Shown here: piece by piece, positions 56,339 through 62,079 of the stretch | Layout: each line of letters opens with the position of its first letter | How positions within the stretch are numbered: the first letter of the stretch is position 1 | NCBI GenBank assembly: GCA_964246215.1 | Contig: CAXTPQ010000005.1 | Coordinates: 39,738 to 101,816 of the forward strand | Source of the DNA: an uncultured Terriglobus sp. | GTDB lineage: Bacteria > Acidobacteriota > Terriglobia > Terriglobales > Acidobacteriaceae | DNA: 62,079 nucleotides | Direction: 5' to 3' | The notes under the pieces: model-generated | The model's input: the letters and a program-made list of their open reading frames with translations, nothing else | Database searches by the model: none | What the model was told of the DNA's origin: nothing | Program-made: the position numbers and the translations under genes

Positions 56339-58659
56339 TGCGCGGTAAGCTCCGGCTCCGGCGCGTCGGACATCTGATAGCGCACGTAGGACGAGTAGTA
56401 GTTTGACAGACCCTCTTCGGACGGCTTGAAGTCGTTCAGGATGGTGCCGACCAGTTCCACCCGGTCCTTCGCGAATAATTCCAACGCCGCTTGTGCCTGC
56501 TGCATGGTGGTGCTGCCCGCGCGCAGGACAAGAATGCTGCCCTGGCTGCGGCGCGCCAAGATGCGTGCGTCGGCAATGTGTTGCATTGGCGGTGTATCGA
56601 TCAGGACGATGTCGAATTCCTGCTTGAGCCGGTCGAGCAGCACCTCAACAAGCGGCGAGTGCAGCAGGCCAACCGTGTCCTCATCGCCGGTGCCCGCCGG
56701 CAGCACAAACAAGTTTGGAAGAAAGGTCGGCTTACAAAAGCTCTCGATGGGTGCTTTCTGCACATTGAACTCGCCACGGAGCAGATTCCGCAGACCCGGG
56801 CCGTTTGTCAGGCCAAAGGCCTTGTTCAGCTTCGGCTTGCGCATGTCGCCGTCCACCAGGACCACCCGCATGCGTGTTTTGCTCAGTGCGACGCCAAGGT
56901 TCGAGGTCACGGTGGTCTTGCCTTCGCCGTCATTGGGGCTGGAGATGACGTAGCTGCGCGGCTCCCGTGTTGCGTTCGCCAGCAGGATCGAGAGAGTTGC
57001 GCTGCGGTATGCCTCGGCCGTGATGGAGAAGGTGTCATCCCACCGCGTGATGGCCAGCGCTTCACCCGGCTGTGCCACCGGCATACCGTTCGAGATCAGC
57101 TTGTTGGAGGACCCGGCAGGCCGGTTCAGCGATGCCTTGGCAACCTTGTTCGCATGTGGGATGACACCCAGTTCCTGCACATGCAGCGTGCGCTCGATCT
57201 GACCGGGGATGCGCACCAGCTTGCGCGCACGTTCACGATAAAACGAGAAGCCAATGCCGCAAACACCGCCAAGTGCAATGCCTTCCATGGCCGCCAGGCT
57301 TCTGCGAGGTGACGCCGCAAATCTCGGGACTTTTGCAGTATCCACGACATGTATTGTGGATGCCTGCATGGCCGAAGCAAAACCAGCTTCCTTGGCCCGC
57401 TGTAGAAGAGTCTGGTAGAGCTGCTGTTCTGAGTCGACCTCACGCTTGAGCAGCGAAACCTGGGCTTTCTTTTGCAAATCTGACGAGACACTGCCCTCCT
57501 GCGTGTCGTAAGCGACTCGCAGCAGATGCTCGCGATGGCGTGCGGCGGCGAGTTCATTGTCTTGCCGGCCTGTGCTGTTCTTCGTCACCGAGGTTAACCC
57601 CGTCTCGGCTTCCCGGATTTGCGCGCGCAACTTGACGATCTGGGGGTTTGCCTCGGTGAGCGTGGGGGCGAGCTTCGCGATTTGCTCACGCAACTGGGCG
57701 ATCTGATCCTGGTAACGCCGGTATTGCGGGTCATCCTGCACCACGCCAAGCGACGAAGTCGTGGCACTACGCTGCAGGGCGACCTGGGCTTCCTTCTGCA
57801 TGCGGTCGGACTCGGCCTTGACGAGCTCGTCCTGCAGCTCGCGCAGGCGCTCTTCGCCCACGGAGGTCGTGTCCTGGCTCAGCATCAGACCGTTTCCACC
57901 AAGCGACGCCTCGAGCTTTTTGCGGGAGTCATCGGCTTTCTGGCCCACATCGGCAAGCTGCTTGCCCAGCCACACGCTGGTCTTCTGCGCCTCCGCAGTG
58001 CGGGTGTTCATGTCGTGATCTTCAAATTGCGTCGTCAGTGCGTTGCAATACTGGGCGGAAAATTTCGCATTGAGCGATTCACAGGTGATCTCAACCAGCC
58101 GGGTCACACCGAGCGGCTTCACTTTGGTGCGCTGGGCCGTATCGTCCACAAGCTCTTCATAGGAGAGCGGCGCCGCGTGGGGCAGGTGCAGCACACGCAG
58201 AAAGCGGGACAACATGTCGTCACGCTCGACAGACGCGGGATGAGGCTGCGCAAGCAGACGCTGGTTGGTCTGTTCGGTCAGGCTTTCGCTTTGCAGAATC
58301 TTGATCTGCGTTTGCAGGTTGATGTCACCTTCCGCCGCGCTGTCGCTCCCCGTTTGGGAGACATCGTGCAGGTTCATGAAGCTGCTGTTCAGGCTGCGGA
58401 TTTCAAGGGAGGTACGGGTGCGGAAGACCGGCAGGGAAGCGATCGTTAGCAGAACTCCGAGCACACCGCCCAGAAGGGCAATGGCCGCAACGCGCCAGCG
58501 ATACCGGCTGAGCACCTGCAGATACTCCGCGAGCAGATTGCGCTCTTCCGGCTCTCCGGCAAATGGCTGAGAGGGGCGGCGGGCAGAACGCGCCGGCCCA
58601 AGATGTCCACCGGCAGAAGGCCGCTCATCGCGAGTCAATTGATTCAATTCAGTTCCCAT
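56335..58659 (-). CDS. wzc: Wzc/GumC polysaccharide co-polymerase tyrosine kinase
   Basis: TM-coiled coil-TM; EAYRS, SPNDGEGKTT, VDGDMRKP, IDTPP, C-terminal Tyr cluster YYSSYVRY. Confidence 0.9.
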   Translation of the reverse strand: MGTELNQLTRDERPSAGGHLGPARSARRPSQPFAGEPEERNLLAEYLQVLSRYRWRVAAIALLGGVLGVLLTIASLPVFRTRTSLEIRSLNSSFMNLHDVSQTGSDSAAEGDINLQTQIKILQSESLTEQTNQRLLAQPHPASVERDDMLSRFLRVLHLPHAAPLSYEELVDDTAQRTKVKPLGVTRLVEITCESLNAKFSAQYCNALTTQFEDHDMNTRTAEAQKTSVWLGKQLADVGQKADDSRKKLEASLGGNGLMLSQDTTSVGEERLRELQDELVKAESDRMQKEAQVALQRSATTSSLGVVQDDPQYRRYQDQIAQLREQIAKLAPTLTEANPQIVKLRAQIREAETGLTSVTKNSTGRQDNELAAARHREHLLRVAYDTQEGSVSSDLQKKAQVSLLKREVDSEQQLYQTLLQRAKEAGFASAMQASTIHVVDTAKVPRFAASPRRSLAAMEGIALGGVCGIGFSFYRERARKLVRIPGQIERTLHVQELGVIPHANKVAKASLNRPAGSSNKLISNGMPVAQPGEALAITRWDDTFSITAEAYRSATLSILLANATREPRSYVISSPNDGEGKTTVTSNLGVALSKTRMRVVLVDGDMRKPKLNKAFGLTNGPGLRNLLRGEFNVQKAPIESFCKPTFLPNLFVLPAGTGDEDTVGLLHSPLVEVLLDRLKQEFDIVLIDTPPMQHIADARILARRSQGSILVLRAGSTTMQQAQAALELFAKDRVELVGTILNDFKPSEEGLSNYYSSYVRYQMSDAPEPELTAQ

Positions 58660-58676
58660 ATATTTGGCCGCCAATC

Positions 58677-59672
58677 CTAGTGGCGATAAATCGCCAGCCC
58701 CGATGCCACACCCACGCCGGCTCCCAGAGCAATCTGCGAGACAGCTTTGATGTTGCTGTTGGGGATAAACAAGACATCATTCGCAAAGAGAGGCACGTCC
58801 GGCTCTTTGCCTTCGTAAATCTTCTGAGCGTTGATCTCGATCTCGTGCGTCTTGCCGATGCCCTCGGGGTCGCGCCGGAGAATGCGCGCATGCTTCGCAT
58901 TGGCATTGGGCCCGAAGCCCTCCGCGAGTGACAGCGCATCCAGAACGGAGATTGCCTTGTGTTGGGAGAGAGTGAATCCTCCTGCGCGTTTCACGTTGCC
59001 GAGCACGTAGACCAGTTCCGCACGCGGAATGGTGACCGTATCGTTGGCGCCAATCAGGATGTTGTCCTCCGGACGCTTGGCATCCGTGATGTCGTCCAGC
59101 GGAAGCGTCACCGAGGTATAGCCCGTGTTCGCGGTTGTGGTGACACCCGGAGCTTCGACTTTGCCCGCATCGACCGGGCGCGTCACAATCACGGTTGAAC
59201 CGGCGTCCACCGCGGGGCCGCCCGCCAGAGAAAGCACCTCAAGCAGCCGCTTGGGTCCCTGCAGTTGATACACGCCGGCATGGTTTACCGATCCAAGCAC
59301 GAAAACTGGCCGGCTCTGGTAGTCCGTGACATTTAAGCTGACTTCAGGCGTAACAACAAAGGTCTTCAGCCGCTTGGAAAGGTCCTGTTTCAGCTCGGAG
59401 GCGGTCATGCCCGCGGCTTTGACCTCACCCAGCATCGGCAGGTCAAGATATCCGCTTGGGCTGATCCGGATTGGCTTGTCGGAGATCTCTTCCACATCCG
59501 CGACATGCAGCACAAGCTGATCGCCCGGGCCAAGCACATACTCGCTTTGCGGGAGATCCCGGCGGACGAGGGTCTGTGCAGATAAAGTTTGGCAGCAGCT
59601 GAATGGCACAAGAAATGCAAACGAGCAGCATAACCCAAACGCGTAATGTCGTGTTTTGCTCACTGTAGACAT
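58677..59672 (-). CDS. wza: Wza-type polysaccharide export protein (Poly_export + SLBB)
   Basis: EYVLGPGD, G.LDLP.LGEVKAAGMT, V.VLGSV..AG.Y, second SLBB domain. Confidence 0.88.
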   Translation of the reverse strand: MSTVSKTRHYAFGLCCSFAFLVPFSCCQTLSAQTLVRRDLPQSEYVLGPGDQLVLHVADVEEISDKPIRISPSGYLDLPMLGEVKAAGMTASELKQDLSKRLKTFVVTPEVSLNVTDYQSRPVFVLGSVNHAGVYQLQGPKRLLEVLSLAGGPAVDAGSTVIVTRPVDAGKVEAPGVTTTANTGYTSVTLPLDDITDAKRPEDNILIGANDTVTIPRAELVYVLGNVKRAGGFTLSQHKAISVLDALSLAEGFGPNANAKHARILRRDPEGIGKTHEIEINAQKIYEGKEPDVPLFANDVLFIPNSNIKAVSQIALGAGVGVASGLAIYRH

Positions 59673-60025
59673 GATGCCCCTGCATGGGTCAAAGTAGTGT
59701 CGGTTCTGAACGACAGCTAACCAGAAAGTCACATTGACTGGTTACCCGCCCCTGTTCTATGTCCTTCATAGGACGCGCGTAAGCGCTTGGCGGATTGGTG
59801 GAAATGCCGCATTGCAGGGAATTTGACCACCTATTGACAGAACACCCTGTTGATTACCCCGTACGACTTTATTGTGGGAGCCACAATGCCGGCCGGGTAG
59901 GGTATGGTGAAGGTCGCAATGCTTTGTTCTCGATCCGTACCTGCAGGCAGGCCGTCTCTCCCGGTGCACACACACACTCCTGCACTCTTGCAGGTGCATG
60001 TCTTTCAACTGCGGTCTGATGCCGA

Positions 60026-61153
60026 ATGAACGTTCTTGCCTACGTGCACCTGCGCAACATCTACGCGTCCACAGGGGCGGGCCGGACTGCGCGGCAGATC
60101 GTGGAGCACCTGGCTCCGTTGCCGGGTGTCGAGATGAAAATCCTTGCCGACCAGAGTGACAAAAATCGCATTCTTCCCCTGGTCGGCCGGCCGTGGACCG
60201 AATACACCTATGCAACCTTTGCCGCGGACACTTCCCGGCAGCAAGCCAAATGGTTCTTCCTGAATCGACCGGTGGCCGAAGAGTATTGGCCGGAAACACA
60301 GGTTGTTTTCTGCACAGCTGAGTCCTACGTGCCAGTGCGGCGAGCTCGCCTGGCCATGACGGCGCACGATGCCAGTTATTTCGAGCGGTACGGCCACCAG
60401 AGAGACTGGCGCTACTGGCAGACTCGCCTGAAATGGCAGTTGCTTTTCGCCAAGCTCTCGCGCAAGGTGGACCTGTTTCACACAGTTTCGCAATTTTCCG
60501 CGGACCGTCTCGCCTATTTCTTTCCGTCGATTGCGCCCCGGATACGGTGTGTTCACAATGGAGTGACACCACACTTCTTTCAGCCCGTTTCGCCGGCGGG
60601 AGACGATTACCTGCAACAAGCCGGTCTGGCGGACCGTCCCTTTCTGCTGATCCCGGGTGGTTTGCATTATCGAAAAAACGCTGAGTTGATTCTGGAAGCG
60701 ATCCCGCAGCTTTTGCGGAAGTTTCCAGATCTGGTGATTGCGATCGTGAACCATGCCAACCCCCTGTATGCCGCGCGCGCCCAGGCCTTTGCGCCGCGTG
60801 TACAAATGTTGGGTTTTGTCTCGGAGAATGCTTTGCACGCGCTGTACGCGGCAGCGCGGCTTGTTTGGTTTCCATCGCGGTATGAGGGATTTGGCCTGCC
60901 CGTGGTGGAGGCCATGGCCTGCGGCACACCTGTGGTCGCCAGCAATAGCTCATCCATTCCTGAAATTGCGGGCAGCGCGGCGCTGCTGGCCGATCCGGCT
61001 GACGCTTCCGCGCACATTGCCGCGATCGCGAGTTTGCTGACCGACGCCAGGGCTGCCGATCAGCTTCGGGAGGCTGGCCGTTTGCGGGCAAAGCAGTTTA
61101 CCTGGCAAAAGACCGCCGAAGCGCTGAAGCAACACTTTGAGGCATTGCTTTGA
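60026..61153 (+). CDS. GT4 glycosyltransferase (mannosyltransferase-like)
   Basis: TVSQFS, VHNGV, RKN, PSRYEGFGLPVVEAMACG. Confidence 0.9.
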   Translation: MNVLAYVHLRNIYASTGAGRTARQIVEHLAPLPGVEMKILADQSDKNRILPLVGRPWTEYTYATFAADTSRQQAKWFFLNRPVAEEYWPETQVVFCTAESYVPVRRARLAMTAHDASYFERYGHQRDWRYWQTRLKWQLLFAKLSRKVDLFHTVSQFSADRLAYFFPSIAPRIRCVHNGVTPHFFQPVSPAGDDYLQQAGLADRPFLLIPGGLHYRKNAELILEAIPQLLRKFPDLVIAIVNHANPLYAARAQAFAPRVQMLGFVSENALHALYAAARLVWFPSRYEGFGLPVVEAMACGTPVVASNSSSIPEIAGSAALLADPADASAHIAAIASLLTDARAADQLREAGRLRAKQFTWQKTAEALKQHFEALL

Positions 61154-62079
61154 TGAATCCAGCCACCACCTCCGCTTCGATGAAGGCGAGACAAGGGGAT
61201 GCGAACGACATAATTTGGGAGACTGCTCCGGGCGTGTTTGGAGCAGCCCAGAACAAAGCCGCGTATCAGAAATATGTCGTCGTGCATGCGGGTGCACGCG
61301 ACAACTATCAGCTGTCTATCGCACTTGCACAAAACGGTCTGCTGGAAACCCTCGTCACCGATCTGTTCTGGCCGGCTGACCGCTCCTGGGCAAAGAAATT
61401 GTTGCAGCGTTTACCTGCGGGCGCACAGAGCCTGCTGCAGCAGCGCAATCACGTGGAATTGCCCTCGTCCCTGGTCACGATGGCGCCGCTTGCTGGCCTA
61501 CGAACGCTGCTTCTGGACCGGATCAAGGCCGTCCCGTTTGCCTGGCGCAGATGGTCCACAAGAACGTCGGACCGGCGTTTGGGCAGGCTGGCGGGCAGGA
61601 TCGCCCGCCGCCACTCCGCTGGTCTGCTGAGCTACAGCTACACCGGGCATGCGGCTTTCCAGGCATATGGCAAACCGGCCATGCTCTTTCAGGCCCACCC
61701 GCATCCAGCGACCATGCGGCGCATTTTGCTACAGGAGCTGCACGATCATCCGGATTGCGCGGCATCCCTGCAGCAGGAGTGGGAGCTGGCATTGCCTAAG
61801 CGGGAGTATGAGTCGCTCATTGAGGAAACGCGCAGTGCCGCACGATTTTTAGTGGCATCCAGTTTCACACGGGACAGCCTGATCGAGAATGGGATCGCGG
61901 CCTCAGCCATCACTGTCGTTCCCTACGGTGTTGATCTCCAACGGTTCCATCCGGGTAAGAGCGCACCTAATCTGGCTGCGCCGCTCCAGTTGCTGTTTGT
62001 CGGCCGCATCAACCAGCGGAAGGGCATCAAGTACCTGCTGCAAGCGCTCGATCAACTCAAGGGCCGGCCGGTTCACCTG
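61153..62079 (+). CDS. GT4 glycosyltransferase, partial (runs off the window; not in the ORF track)
   Basis: TGATG overlap; VVHAGARDNYQL, VASSFT..SL, VPYGVD, LFVGRINQRKG. Confidence 0.85.
   Translation, partial: MNPATTSASMKARQGDANDIIWETAPGVFGAAQNKAAYQKYVVVHAGARDNYQLSIALAQNGLLETLVTDLFWPADRSWAKKLLQRLPAGAQSLLQQRNHVELPSSLVTMAPLAGLRTLLLDRIKAVPFAWRRWSTRTSDRRLGRLAGRIARRHSAGLLSYSYTGHAAFQAYGKPAMLFQAHPHPATMRRILLQELHDHPDCAASLQQEWELALPKREYESLIEETRSAARFLVASSFTRDSLIENGIAASAITVVPYGVDLQRFHPGKSAPNLAAPLQLLFVGRINQRKGIKYLLQALDQLKGRPVHL

Noticed and set aside
59733-60025. Sigma-54 promoter or JUMPstart/ops in the divergent EPS promoter region
   Set aside because: GG/GC pairs have the wrong spacing or poor context, and no clean ops (GGCGGTAG) element is present.
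59766-61091. 441-aa minus-strand ORF (and 60005-60838)
   Set aside because: Arg/Pro-rich antisense shadow of a clear GT4 gene.
61137-61852. Several short ORFs listed at the right end
   Set aside because: All are out-of-frame overlaps of the real GT4 starting at 61153, which lacks a stop inside the window.

Overview
GC-rich bacterial chromosomal window. Gene content and style suggest a diderm Acidobacteriota (Terriglobus/Granulicella-like); this is an inference. Bases 1-30 kb are mostly housekeeping: NUDIX, HAD, trxA, CNNM/CorC, an overlapping xerD-xerC pair, secA, a sigma-54 two-component system with a lipoprotein, M20 peptidase, mobA, WcaJ-type priming transferase, nadE, NCS2 permease, yihA, an orphan ATP-grasp protein, PilZ plus an atypical LuxR regulator, yceI, MFS, phoU and a 5'-3' exonuclease. 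Bases 30-41.7 kb hold two divergent sugar-salvage loci. One is GH20 hexosaminidase, nagA and a ~1336-aa three-part fusion of sodium:solute symporter + beta-lactamase/AmiE-like hydrolase + NamZ/DUF1343. The other is uxaC, a LarA-family epimerase, gluconokinase and an SDR. Bases 42-62 kb hold an LPHTA-sorted protein with a class D sortase, a large secreted Ig-repeat protein, and a Wzy-dependent exopolysaccharide cluster. Best candidates for undescribed biology: the transporter-hydrolase fusion, the sortase/LPxTA pair beside the EPS cluster, and the UxuA-independent hexuronate route. Many genes have a -10 hexamer 5-7 nt before the start codon, suggesting leaderless mRNAs. No rRNA, tRNA, CRISPR array or transposase was recognised. 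All calls come from reading motifs by eye; no searches were run.
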